From NCBI GenBank assembly GCA_965649765.1, contig OZ287756.1, positions 31,868,001 through 31,932,000 of the forward strand: 64,000 bases of DNA, read 5' to 3'. Both the position numbers and the translations under genes were made by a program. Every line of letters starts with the position of its first letter. Within the stretch, counting starts at the first letter, position 1. The stretch comes from Bispira polyomma (lineage: Eukaryota). The notes beneath the pieces were generated by a model. The model was not told the origin of the DNA. It did not search any database and worked only from the letters and a program-made list of their open reading frames with translations. Positions 25,701-36,930 of this stretch are shown in pieces.

Positions 25701-26889
25701 TTTGTTAAAAGAATGTGAGTAACTATGTCTACAGCTATGATTTTCTCTCAAAGCGATTTTGACTATCAATTTTTGGTCTATATCAACAACAAAATGTACA
25801 AATAGAAAGATTTAGGATTGAATTTAAAACATGCCTGAAATATTTAATTTGTTTAAAACCCTATATATGTAGTATGTGTTCTTGAATAGAGTGAAAACAC
25901 TATAAAAGTCTAGGTTATTTAAAATGTAAAATGGCAGACACAAGTACTGAAAATACTATCCTAAAAATACTGACTATATTGGAGATAAATCAACTTCTAC
26001 ATACCCGCAGAAGGTCACAAAATAGAATTGTATAACCCTTTATGTTAAAGTTTGAATTTACAACACCCATGTGAGTAAGTGAAACTGCACTTGTAACTCG
26101 TGAAGGTAACAGTTTTTTGTAATACATTCTATGGCTGTATTCACAACGAAGGCACAACATAGATATTAACCTTTGAATTTAAAACACCACTCAAATACAA
26201 AATGTGTCAGGACCATAATACTTTAAACACCATTACAAAATACTAACGGTTGATGTCTCTATTGAAAAATTTCACAGAGTTCACAATAGCTGTTTGTCCC
26301 AAGTCCACCCACCACCAGCCTGGGCCTGAATGTCCATTGGTGTGTGTACAGCAATTATGTCCCATGTCACGTTCATAACAACCATCTATGGCAACAGAAC
26401 TGAGGTATCTATCAGTTCTCCAGTTTGAGGACTGCCCTGTGGTCTTACCAGTTATGTTTAGTCTTACAGGCTCAGAAGTAACTGTGAAAGAACAATAACA
26501 TATGTGGTTAACCTCATATAAGTGTCTTAGTACTAAATGTATAGATATTAGAATTAGTTATAGTTTTAAATACAGTTGAGACCTGGTGTGAAGAGAACGA
26601 AGGACGTATTTATACTTAAATCGGATTTTAAGTTATGTGAACAGAATTGTTTATTTCATATAGTTTATGATAACTCAATAGGGAGTTTTATGAAACAAAC
26701 TTTACCAATCACTACGGGAATGGAAATATTAGTGGAATTTTGGTGCCTGAACTGTATATTAAAACAGTATTGCATCTATAGGTAACTACAATTAACAAAA
26801 TATATGACATTGTTACACTCACCTTTAACAAAATAAACAAGCAAAACCAGATACACAATATAACACTGTAAGTTTCTTTTATACTTCAT
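13483..26889 (-). CDS. multi-exon gene: signal peptide + F-type lectin (FTP) domain + MEGF10/SREC-type EGF repeats + TM + Tyr-motif tail; several stalk exons disabled
   Basis: Phase-consistent GT-AG exons 26823-26889, 26248-26481, 25470-25608, 24203-24279, 19362-19502, 15688-15828, 13983-14117 and 13483-13781 join to 1233 nt (410 aa + stop) when the broken exons are skipped. The gene could instead be a young pseudogene. Confidence 0.8.
13983..14117 (-). CDS. intact EGF-like exon (135 nt, phase 1-1)
   Basis: ECSPGGFGVKCASVCYGNCRGPCDHIDGICGVGCLDGWTGSFCDI; CAG acceptor and GTAACC donor. Confidence 0.9.
14478..14614 (-). pseudogene. EGF-like exon with a -1 frameshift (137 nt)
   Basis: ECSHNTYGNNCHPCSPNCEIS, then a shift at a C4 run to CDRETGFFEDGKCNSGFIEFTCSE. 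One expected Cys is Phe; splice sites are present. Confidence 0.8.
15688..15828 (-). CDS. intact duplicated EGF-like exon (141 nt)
   Basis: CDGKTYGIGCQPCSENCRDAKCEKFSDTLNCTDGCIAGKTRQDCSP; TTTTAG acceptor and GTGAGT donor. Confidence 0.9.
15886..16018 (-). pseudogene. duplicated EGF-like exon that has lost its last Cys and normal donor
   Basis: ECEGDTYGIGCQPCSENCTDTKCEKFSETLSCTDGCIAGRTGED, then homology stops; only ~57 nt separate it from the next exon. Confidence 0.8.
16790..17033 (+). mobile_element. short retroposon with structured GC-rich head and L2-derived tail (copy 1)
   Basis: Near-identical inverted copy at 58722-58946. The 3' part matches the LINE 3' UTR at 12729-12830. Confidence 0.8.
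19003..19138 (-). pseudogene. duplicated EGF-like exon with a 5-nt deletion creating TGA (136 nt)
   Basis: EYDGDTYGMGCKPCSENCIDTKCEK*; first Cys is Tyr; splice sites intact. Confidence 0.85.
19362..19502 (-). CDS. intact duplicated EGF-like exon (141 nt)
   Basis: ECIGNTYGIGCKPCSENCKGTKCEKFLETLKCTDGCITGRTGEDCSL; TTTCAG acceptor and GTGAGG donor. Confidence 0.9.
21233..21372 (-). pseudogene. duplicated EGF-like exon with a 1-nt deletion (140 nt)
   Basis: AA TGT TT- GGG GAT versus AA TGT ATT GGG AAT in the 19502 copy. The remainder (GDTYGVGCRPCSADCIDTKC...) is out of frame with the acceptor. Confidence 0.85.
21473..22410. mobile_element. MITE with long imperfect TIRs and an internal ~30-45-bp minisatellite (21967-22230)
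   Basis: Left GGAAGAGTATGAGGGCCAAGTTTTTTTT; right reverse complement GGAAGAGTATAAGGGCTAACTTTTTTTT. It interrupts intron sequence that is contiguous in the sister copy at ~16090-16125. Confidence 0.85.
23176..23316 (-). pseudogene. duplicated EGF-like exon (141 nt) with an in-frame TAG
   Basis: VCDGETYGIGCQPCS*NCTDAKWETFSHTLICTDGCIAGKTGDDCSL; stop at 23270-23272, one Cys is Trp, weak donor GTGAAA. Confidence 0.88.
24203..24279 (-). CDS. F-type lectin domain, C-terminal exon (77 nt, phase 2-1)
   Basis: YILIKKNLRSTDSLNILNLCKVEIE resembles the FTP C-terminal YV...L.LCEVEV pattern; phases match both neighbouring exons. Confidence 0.8.
25470..25608 (-). CDS. F-type lectin domain, middle exon (139 nt, phase 1-2)
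   Basis: QYRLSQFTVYGSNTSDTNSPDKLECRYREDTVSDIYKINCRSPIMA; TTTTCAG acceptor and GTAAAT donor. Confidence 0.85.
26248..26481 (-). CDS. F-type lectin domain, N-terminal exon (234 nt, phase 1-1)
   Basis: ...TGQSSNWRTDRYLSSVAIDGCYERDMGHNCCTHTNGHSGPGWWWVDLGQTAIVNSVKFFNRDIN, with fucolectin motifs QSS, AIDG, CTHT, WWxVDLG and NR. Confidence 0.92.
26823..26889 (-). CDS. first coding exon, signal peptide (67 nt)
   Basis: MKYKRNLQCYIVYLVLLVYFVK, then a G|GTGAGT phase-1 donor. Confidence 0.85.
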
Positions 26890-28023
26890 TGTATATTTAT
26901 GTATTTCTACACCACAATACTGTCAATCACATACTTCCTTTATATCTTGCTTAACTTTAATGTATATATCATTTTACAAACACACTGGCAAAATTATTTT
27001 CTTACCTGATTTAAAACAAAAATGTTTACAATGTATACATGGTGACTCTTATGTGAATCATGTTTATTATTTCCTTGTGGAATACCTTGAGACTTATACT
27101 GAATAATATAATTATTTCCTTTCGAGCTATGCTCAGTGGACAAAAAAAATCACATTCAAACAACTTTAGTCACATGTTGTGCCTTATCAATATGTTTTAC
27201 TTTAATAGCAACCTTTCACTTTAGTACTAATTTAGATCAAATACAACTCCAAATAATAATTTTACTTCTGTGTTGGATCAAATAAAATACCTTTAACGAG
27301 ATATAGATGTTGTAGATTTAAGGGTTAGTAACGTAAACACATGAACTGAAGCAGTAAATTATGTTGCATGTAGAAGAGCTTCTTTGTCCTTGTATTAGTT
27401 AACTTTTGTGGCTATAAGCCAAACTTATCAGCTATGTATTGCTATTTTTATGGTTATAAATAATAAATAATGACAAAAATATTAATGGTGGGCTGATTTA
27501 TATTTTTTAAATGTCATCTTAACAACTATTTTGTGATATACGTTGTTTGTAGCAAAGTATAAAATTATACCAAAAGTGGTCAAAATTCTACAATGTACAA
27601 CCTTCACAAATGTGACATAAAGCATATACACAGAATGTATTCTTTATTGAAATATTGTACTAGAAACAGGCATAGTTCAGCGTTACTTTGCATGATGTAA
27701 TTTTTAAATTAAGATATAGAAAGCATAATAAATTGGAAGATCATACAACCTGAGAAGAAAGTGAAAATAGTTTATTGGTAATGTAATAGGTGTTTATGTT
27801 ACTAAACCTTTAAAAACTAATAACTACATATTTTGAATAATCTCGATATATTGAATTTTTCTTATTCACTTATATATACCAACCTTAGGTCACCTTAACA
27901 CTTGATCCTTATCTACCCAGTTACCAAATATATATAAAATGCAATTACGAGAGACTTCAATGTCAAGTTTAGACAAAACAAGAGCACTTAGTGGATCCTT
28001 AAAACATATATGTATTTGGGTAA

Positions 28024-28150
28024 AAATAAACCATTAAATTTGTGAGCATATATGGGTGGAATAATTTATCTCCTTTTCTGAAAAACTAAGTACAGTAAAA
28101 GGAGATAAATTATTCCAGCCATATTTGCTCACAAATTTAATGGTTTATTT
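28024..28150. repeat. near-perfect inverted repeat (~57-bp arms, ~12-nt loop)
   Basis: AAATAAACCATTAAATTTGTGAGCATATATGGGTGGAATAATTTATCTCCTTTTCTG and its reverse complement, with 2 mismatches and 1 indel. Confidence 0.9.
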
Positions 28151-28619
28151 AAACAATATATACTCACAAATCTATCATTACAGCTGGACATTCGATATGA
28201 TGAATATAATTTGATATGATTGCTTCTCTAATAACACTTTCTAATTTGCTTGATGCTCCAATTACAACTTAATTTTTACAATATCTTTTTATCTACAAAT
28301 TATAGCATTTCCCCTTCGAAATCACATCTATATGGAGGTGTTAGTGTGCAATGATGTTCTGGTTATATTTATAATAAATTTGTAGTTTTTGATTTGTAAA
28401 ATTACTTGAAAAGTCACTTGAACTCCAAGTTTGGTACAGTTAAATGTTAAATTAGTATTGTTTTCAGAACTTTTGTGTCTAAACCTGTGACTTTTATAAA
28501 CCTAGGAGTGTTTGAAGTTATTCTAAAAAATGCATAATATCTACAGGAACTATATATCTCCAAAACAGTTGCAAAGTCAGGTTGAACAAAATGAACCTCA
28601 TTTTTCACCATGGACCAAT

Positions 28620-28970
28620 ATTCTACAATGTTTTAATTACAGAAAATGTACAGTGCACACATATTCCACAATGTCACAACTACAGTAAATGTACAATGCA
28701 CACATATTCCACAACATACTAACTGCTGGAAATGCACAATGCATACATATTCCACAATGTCATAACTACGGAAAATGCACAATGCACACATATTTTACAA
28801 TGTCCCAACTACAGAAAATGTACAATGCACACATATTGCACAGTGTCCCAACTACAGAAAATGCACAATGCATACATATTCTACAATGTCGCAACTACAG
28901 AAAATGTACAATGCACACATATTCCACAATGTCTCAACTTCAGAAAATGCACAATGCACACATATTCTAA
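28620..28970. repeat. 43-bp minisatellite (~8 copies)
   Basis: AAATG(C/T)ACAATGCA recurs at 28687, 28730, 28773 and onward. Confidence 0.92.
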
Positions 28971-30953
28971 CTTCAGGTAAAATTTTATCAAAAAATTAGA
29001 CAATTTAATTTAAACAACAAATACTGAATAATCGATCATTACAACTAGATATTTTATATAATGAATATAACTTGGTATAGGATTGCTTCTCTTATGGCCA
29101 TTTCAAAGTAGCTTTATGCTCCAATTATAACTGAATTTCTACAATATTTTACTACAAGCATTGCATGAGTAAGATGCATGAGTAACGGAATTTTAAACGT
29201 AAAGCGAACATGCTCAGTGTGACCACAGCATAAGATCACTTAGAACACAGGCGCCTTTCTCTAAATATTTTTATCTAAAACTGTGAATAATATGTTCTAT
29301 AAATGTTTTAGTTTTTATACCTGTTGAAAATATGCATAATATCCACAAGATATTTAAATAAGTATATGTCTTCATTTTGTATGTTCAAAATGCATGTAAA
29401 GTTTGAGGCTAATATATGATTATTACCATTGTAAATATAACTGTGAGAGTGTACAAAAACAAACACAAATAAACTTATGTATATTTGTGTATGATTTGTA
29501 TTTCTGCAGGTAAACGTTTTAAACTTCCTGGTTAACATAATACCTATGTATTCTCTACAATCTAACATGGCATGAAATTATTTATGCATGCTAGTATGGC
29601 TAAATTGAATTAAAAAATTATGTGTTGCAAATAATCAGCGTGTGGACATTGTTCTGACATCCCTCTCTTTTTTAAATGGGTTTAATTATGTGATTTAGAA
29701 ATTGAGAACTTTTTCGTAAAATTATGTATTTTTTCTTTTGTCAGATACTATAACCATGGTTGAAGAATGAGCATGGAAATGTGTTGTGTTTTGTGAAAAG
29801 GGCTCATTTTGCCGAAAGTTCATGTTTGCCTGTGTAAAGTGTGTGAGAAAGCTCTACACAATGGGTCTATATTGCGTTATCTTGTAAAAACTATAGCCAT
29901 TGGTCAGTTTACTCTAAATTGTTAATTAAGTCATGGCTAATAACCTACATATACTCACAACAGATACCTTGTTTTCTAACTGATGACACTGAACTGTACA
30001 TTCAGGTGTATCAAACAAATTGTATTGTATTTCCAGTACAAATTACATAATATATATATTCGTGCTAAGTTGGCTACTTTCGGTAATACATCTATTGTTA
30101 GCAAGAATATCAATAGTATGTCCAAAAATATTCAAGATTGGTAAAGATAAACTGTTTGTCACTGACAGTAATAATTTTCTAATCACTGCACTGTTCTATT
30201 GGACATGGAACTACAGTTACAGTTGTCATAGATGAGTAGCTAAAAACACAAACAATTATTCGACCAAGGCATAGGGTACTCTGGTTTAAGTGTCAACTGA
30301 GTACTGCCTAAATCATGCAACCTGACAAAGCAACATTTGTGGTATTATAATTGATATGACTGGTGAAGAAAAAATCTTAAATGAAAAAACTTAAATTGTA
30401 AACAACATCAAAAGGATATAGGTAGTTATACCGTATGTTCAGTGGTGAGGAATCAGCAACACTGTTTGAACCAAATACAATAAATTCAGTCTTAATGATA
30501 TTTAAACTTACTTTGTTTACCCTCATTCAGGTGTAAACATCGCTAACTAAGGCTAAGAGAGTTGGATAAACGATTGTTTGTTATGTATAGAAATTTCACT
30601 AAACTGTTTTGAATTTTTTAATAATTAGGTTTAGTGGTGTAGATTACAATGATAATAATACTAAATCCTACAAAGATTATACTAACAGTGTTACTAGCAG
30701 CAAGTACACCACATACATTATAAATACAATGTTTACAAAGATCATAAAAGTTTCTACTAAAGTAACTTCTATGAAAACTGTTTCTGTTAAAAGACAAAAT
30801 TTTACATGAGGGCATTATATATTTTGGAGAAATGTAGCTTAAATAATAAAAAACTAATTCCAAACTAAATTTTTGGGGGCCTAAAATGGCCATTACAGTA
30901 TTGTATTTTTTGTTAACTATAATTTACAAAATATACACCATTGGTTCACTCAC

Positions 30954-31020
30954 CTTGTACAAGATAAATAAACACAAAAAGATAGATAATATACCACTGA
31001 AAGTTTGTTTTATACTCCAT
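30954..31020 (-). CDS. duplicate signal-peptide exon (alternative first exon or orphan of a deleted paralog)
   Basis: MEYKTNFQWYIIYLFVFIYLVQ + G|GTGAGT; same 67-nt length and phase as 26823-26889, with homologous flanks. Confidence 0.7.
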
Positions 31021-32299
31021 TATATATTATTATTTCTACACTGCCATACTGTCAAGCACATATATTCCTTATAACTTTCTTAACTTGAATGTGTATGGTG
31101 TTTTACAAAAAACCTTACACATAAACTGTCATGTAAAGCCTGTGTATTACTTCCTTGTAGAATACCCTGGGACATATACCAAATAATGTAACTATTTGTT
31201 TTCACCCTATGCTCAGTGATCCAAAAGATTCATATTCAAAAAACCTCAGTTACATATTATGTCTTGTCCATATGCCACATTTTTCAAAAGCAACCATTCA
31301 CAACATTAAATAGGACTTAAAATATACATTTAACGTCAGTGTTGAACCAAATAAAGTACTTTCTATGAGATACAGATTATCTGTGAAATTTAGTATATTT
31401 AATGGTTCACTAACATAAACATATAAAATGATCGCCAATAAAAAACAATATATTAGATAACATATTGTGCTGTTATAACTGGGTTTCAGCATTTTTAATG
31501 CAGTCATTTATTCCTTTAAAGGTAAAATACTTAGATGAAGATAATTCTATGAATAAAAAATGTGGTTATTTCAACCTAAATTCTATTTGTGAGCCTACTG
31601 TGATGCCAATAGGCATGACTATTGTGAATGGAATGTATAACACCAACTTATTGACAAACAATTCGAACATCATAAAATTGGTATAATATTACCATGACCT
31701 GTAAGATAAATCGTCCGACCTCTTCAAAAAGTCATTAACATTATGAGCAGTTGGCTCGTTTTGTATTCACGATCACTTTTTTTGGCTCCCAATCACCTTG
31801 ATTGATAAAGGTAAGTGGTTGGAATCCCCCGACTTCCCTGATAAGTTGTTAGCATTACAAGCGAGTCATCAGGATCGCATTTTTGGACTCTCGACCTCCC
31901 TGATTGTTTCTGATTGCTTACAATCCGTTCGTTGGACACTAAGATAAGTCAGGAACAACTGAACCAGATCTTGGTAATAACAAGGCTTCAAACTTTAATC
32001 CAAACAGTTTTAATTCAGAAGTCAAGTGATAAGCATGATTCTACAAAGAATAATAAATCTACAAAGGACTTAGGGCTGTAATTGCCTATATGCAAGCAGA
32101 ACTGATGGTTATATCTGACATTGAGGCAGGATAAGACAATTAAGAAGGCAAAGGGAAGCATCGAATGTACAGCCTTAGCCTCAGGCTCAGGTTGCCAGAA
32201 GACGAAGGGCAAGGCCAAGGTTCTGGATCAAGCCATGACTCAGGGAAATGGCAGAACATGGACACTAAACATTACTCGCCAGTCGTACCACATCTTCCT

Positions 32300-33150
32300 A
32301 ACATATTTCAGGGAATGGAGAGGATGGTGGGGTACAGGATACAGAGACACACACCCTAGTACAGGAAAGCAGTGACACATCAATACAGTACTCTTTCGTA
32401 GTGGACTGGTCAACCATAATCATAGTTTGTGCCATAAGTTTGCCAGACCATCATCAACCAGTCCCAGACAGAATTCCTCACATTCCTCCCCGTTGACTGA
32501 AATAAGTCAAGTCCATGTTCCATTAATGGCAAACGCATTGCTATGAGATACCCGAGAAAAGGTGAGAGCGAGCTCTTCAGCTACAAGGGGTACCACTCAA
32601 TCGTCCTGGTAGATGGGATTATCGTTTCCTGTGAGTCGACAAAGATTCAAGCTGCTCATGCTCAGATGCCCATATTTTTAACAGATCCCAACTGAAGGAG
32701 AAAATAGAGGACCACTAAATCAACTTCCCCCCACTAAAACTATTAGCCCCGTCAGAGTCCATGTCCTCTACGTCATCCTAGGAGATGAGGCATTTGCCCT
32801 AAAGACATGGTTGATCAAACCCTACTCCAGACGGGGGATGGACATGAACGTAAGGTCATACAATTATGCATTTGGGATTTTAGTCCAGAGATTTTGGGTC
32901 CTTCTGTCAATAATGCAGCAGGAGCCACCAGTGGTGGTCACCTGTGCTTTAGCATACGTGGTCCTGCACAATGTGATAAGGACCGCAGCCATCAATATGG
33001 CTAATTCAGGTAATCCAGAAGAGGACCCACCTGTCCCACTGATAGCAGCACGTGTCGGAGGAAACAACCCACCCAACTGAAGAAATCCCAGCAGGGCAGC
33101 AAAAGAACAGAGAGAGCTACTCATGCAATATTTCACCAATGAGTGCCCTG
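32300..33150 (+). mobile_element. PIF/Harbinger DDE transposase (HARBI1-like) fossil
   Basis: Frameshifted motifs NGKRIAMRYP...FSYKGYHSIVL, CSDA, SQLKEKIE, YVILGDEAFALKTWLIKPYSRR, AFGILVQRF and VLHN. Confidence 0.88.
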
Positions 33151-33606
33151 GTAAAACGACATTTGAGTCTACACCTGAGCCTGAGCCGAAAACAAACATG
33201 AAAGGCCTTTTTCAAGGCCACTCAAAACATTCAAAAAGAATGTTAGAGCTGTAAACATAAAAACCCCTCACAACAAGAAGCATACTGCCCCGACAAAAAA
33301 TATTGCCACAACCTGTAAGACAAATCGTAAGATAAGTCATACGGCCTCTCTGATAAATCGTTAACATTACGAGCGATTGCCCCATTTGGGACTGCTGAAG
33401 GAGGAGAAGGAGAGACTGGCGTCTACATGTTAGTGGTTGTAGTACTCGTTTGTGATTACTTAGGACCAATTTGGTTTAGGTGTTTTCTGTGCATCTGGAT
33501 TAACAGGTGTGAACGGCTCAGGAGTGTCTATGTTCTGGCAGCTGAGACTGTCAGTCACTGATTCAAAGAGATGAGGCTTTCAAGGGATTCAGTATGTCTG
33601 ATACTT

Positions 33607-34512
33607 TCACTGATGCTGGGTTTGTGTACTGGTGGCTGGTGCTTGCAGATTATATAATAGATGGTGCAGTGTGTGGCACCTAGACTGTTGACTGAGGCAT
33701 GACAGGTGAGGACTGAATAGGTTGTGGCACTCTTCGCTGGGATTTCTAGTAGATATACTGTTGTTGTTGCTGTTGGGTACAAAGGTGGGTTGAGGCATCT
33801 GGTATTGCATCTTGGGTTGTGTCTTATACTGCTGATGCTGTTGGAACTGTGGCACTGCTTGTGCTGTGGTCGTCCGGTATTGGATAGTACTCACAAGGTT
33901 GAATGCCTCCCTTCTGAAGTGGTTAAAATGTTCATCTGGCAATTTGTTGCCCCCTCGAAGTTCGGGGTTGATCTGGCACACACCAAAGACTGCTTTGAAG
34001 TACTCCCAGGGGATGCTATCAGCAAGGAAGACTCCATCTCTGTTTCAGCTCCCTGGTCTGTGTCTATCTGGAACCACATCCCGGAAGTTGGTAATTCTCT
34101 GGGAGCCATGGACAAAGAGGCGGATGCGACGGATCTGATGGTCTCAAGACATGTTGTATGATGTGAGGTTTCAAAAAGTCAAAGGTGTACTTGACCTAGT
34201 TCTGCCTCTCTGTCAGGTATTGCCTGGCCGGATTTCTTGATGCTCAGCTTACCTCTGTGATTGAAACCACTTCAGAACTCTAGCCACAACATGTCTGTAG
34301 CCTTGGTTTCTGTGTATTTTGGATCTCATTTTTGTTTTACCATTCTTTGTCCCACAAAAGTCCATCAGTGCCTCCTCCTCTGCGTCTCTGAACATGACTG
34401 TACGCATCTTCCCCTTTTTCTGTTTCCTTAATATGGAAGCCACATATCTTTTTTCATCTGTGTCAGCATTATCCTTCAGATAAGGCTCCTGAGTTCCCTC
34501 CTGCTCAATCAC
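33607..34512 (-). mobile_element. convergent second ORF of the Harbinger element (MADF/SANT-like partner), decayed
   Basis: FRDAEEEALMDF, LKWFQSQR, LTERQN*VKYTFDFLKPHI and C-terminal FRREAFNLV. The tail-to-tail layout with the nuclease fits Harbinger elements. Confidence 0.65.
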
Positions 34513-34910
34513 CGGGTCTGTGAATGTTGTGTCCCAGACCTGTCTTTTTCATTGGAGCTTCCCTAATGACTTACCCTTTGTTTCCCCCAAATTATCTTTT
34601 CAGTCGGGGGTAAACAAAGGATTTATCTTTACCAAATGACACAATAACTCAGGTTTGGGGAAGGGGGGTTAAAAGGATAACTCGTAATGGCCCTCGACCT
34701 ATCTTTTTTTTGGGGGGGAAACATTTATTTTTAACATTTATAGGCCCTCGACCTATCTTTGTGATGGAAAGATAATCAGATGAATTTTCAAACAATTTAG
34801 GGGAAGATTGAAAAGATAAAGGTCTTAAGAAGGTATTGATAAATCGTAAGTGGGTTACGATTGGCCTAGATTTACCCCAATTAATCGGCTGGGCCAACAA
34901 ACTTAGACCC

Positions 34911-35388
34911 TGCTCGCAGAAGTTATCAAACATATTTGAAAACCTCTGTGACATCCCCAATTTGAAAGGTTAAGACGTTGGAACCACCTGACCTCCTCAA
35001 TAATTGCCCCGATCTTATAATCGTAATGATCGAGGGCTATGACTGGCACAGTAGAACAAGGCAATTTATGGCAATGACCCACATTATACATATCTCACCC
35101 AATTTTAAGTAATTTCAATGGATGTACCAAATAAATGTCTTGACCCTTGTCACTGCTCGCAGAAGTTATCAAACATATTTGAAAACGTCTGCGACATCTC
35201 CGATTTAAAAGGTCAAGTCGTTGGAACCCGCCGACCTCCTCGATAATTGCCCCGATATTATAATCGTAATGATTGGGGGCTATGATCGGCATAGTGGCAC
35301 AGGGAAATTTATGGTAATGACCCACAGTATACATATCTCACCCAAGTTGTTGTAATTTCATTGGATGTACTAAATAAGTGTCTTGACA
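34911..35388. repeat. two-copy 243-bp tandem duplication in the Harbinger subterminal region
   Basis: TGCTCGCAGAAGTTATCAAACATATTTGAAAA at 34911 and 35154. Confidence 0.9.
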
Positions 35389-36159
35389 TCAAATCCTGGA
35401 TGTTCTCAAATAAACGTAAGTTAAAATTAGAGACTGTGACCATTAGTATTATCAATGGGGTAAATAAAAATAATGTACCCAATACCTACTTGTTTAGCTG
35501 CTTGGAAATGATGTCATTCCAGAAATGATGTCAATCCAGCCAACACAGTTCAGAACTGTGTGCTACCTCTCAAAATAAAGGTGTAAAATGGATATTATTT
35601 GACCTTTTTGGCTGGGGTCATCCCAACTTGAGTGTTCAATTGAAAGATTAATTATTTCAGATCTATTTTTTTACTCAAATCTTTCTTTTTCCAGTCATGT
35701 GTCCACTCTGAGCAAAACAACATAGAGTTATATACAAGACATCCACAGTGTTCATCCTATAATTTATTTAGACAATATCATGATTTTGGCATATGCAATG
35801 GTGAGCAGCAGGCTTGTAATTCCTTGCTCCTTGACCTTTCTACTTTGACTAAAATAGACTTCTTTTTGCTGAATATTCATTAAGACTCATATTGCTCATT
35901 GTTTCCAATAATTAATTCAGAAATGCAAAATGGTAAAAAATGTTCAAAGTAAGATAGTTTGGACCTTTGGGTCACCAAAGGTCAAGCTGGAAGGTAAGTG
36001 ATTGAGGTATAACCTTATTGTTAGTGTTATTTTTTACTTTCTATAGTGCCACTATTAATGATCAGGCATCCTCTATGGTGCACATTCTAGTCAAATATGC
36101 AAAATAATAGTACAATAGAAGAGAAGGTTAGGATCAGAATTCAACTGTAACCAACAGAT

Positions 36160-36930
36160 GAATGTTAAGGGGGAAACACGAGTGATACAGTTGTGTATTT
36201 TGTCCTGAAGCCTTTAATTCTCATCTCAGTGCGAAGACTAGCAGGGAGACTAATCCATTCGGAAGGTGCTGCAACTGTACATGATTACGCAGCAGTTTTT
36301 TAGCTAAGAACTCAATCTGTAGCCAGTGCAATTTTGTGATGTGATGGCAGTGTGTGATGGCAGACAGACATGGCATAGAATTGTGCATAAACTGTTATAA
36401 ATGTTCTACAGTTTGTTCATTTGCCCTTGTCCGATGTCCTGTGGTAGTGCGTTGCCGTAATCAAGTCAGAGTAAAGCATTGACAGTACCCTACGAAAGTA
36501 GCAGGTTTTTAACACTACCTTCGGTAGAAAGAGGAGATGCAGAAAAAAACTTTAAAATTGTTTTCCTTGACTTGGGTAAATGTTTTGGGTCTGAGGGAAA
36601 AGTAGATTTGTGTATCATCTGCAGAAAAAATGATAGCTTATATTTTGGTATGAAGATATAACAATCTTAAGTGGAGTTGTGTGCAGTGATACAGAAGGGG
36701 CCCTGCAAGATACCATAAGGCAGCACAAAAGGAATCGAATGACTTTATCGCAACTATCTTGATATTTGATCCAATGCAACACAAAATATGTTAAATCAAA
36801 CCACAGATTAAGACATTTGTATCACAGTCGCAAAAAGTGTGAAATATTGTTTTAAATATTGTTTTAGATAAGGCAGGATGCTATGGGGACTTACAAATGA
36901 CCTCCTTCGGAAGTAAACCTCTGAAAGGAT
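36160..36930 (-). mobile_element. highly decayed L2-clade LINE RT remnant
   Basis: Minus-strand fragments YGILQG, SADDTQIY, HITKLHWLQI and AAPSEWISLPASLR. Confidence 0.7.

Noticed and set aside
28689-28999. His/Cys-rich ORFs in three frames (also 6427-6663)
   Set aside because: Translations of the 43-bp minisatellite; ORF starts are spaced by exactly one unit.
30618-30893. Hydrophobic ORF near the duplicate signal exon resembling a TM segment
   Set aside because: No convincing homology to the real TM exon, and hydrophobic translations are expected in AT-rich DNA.
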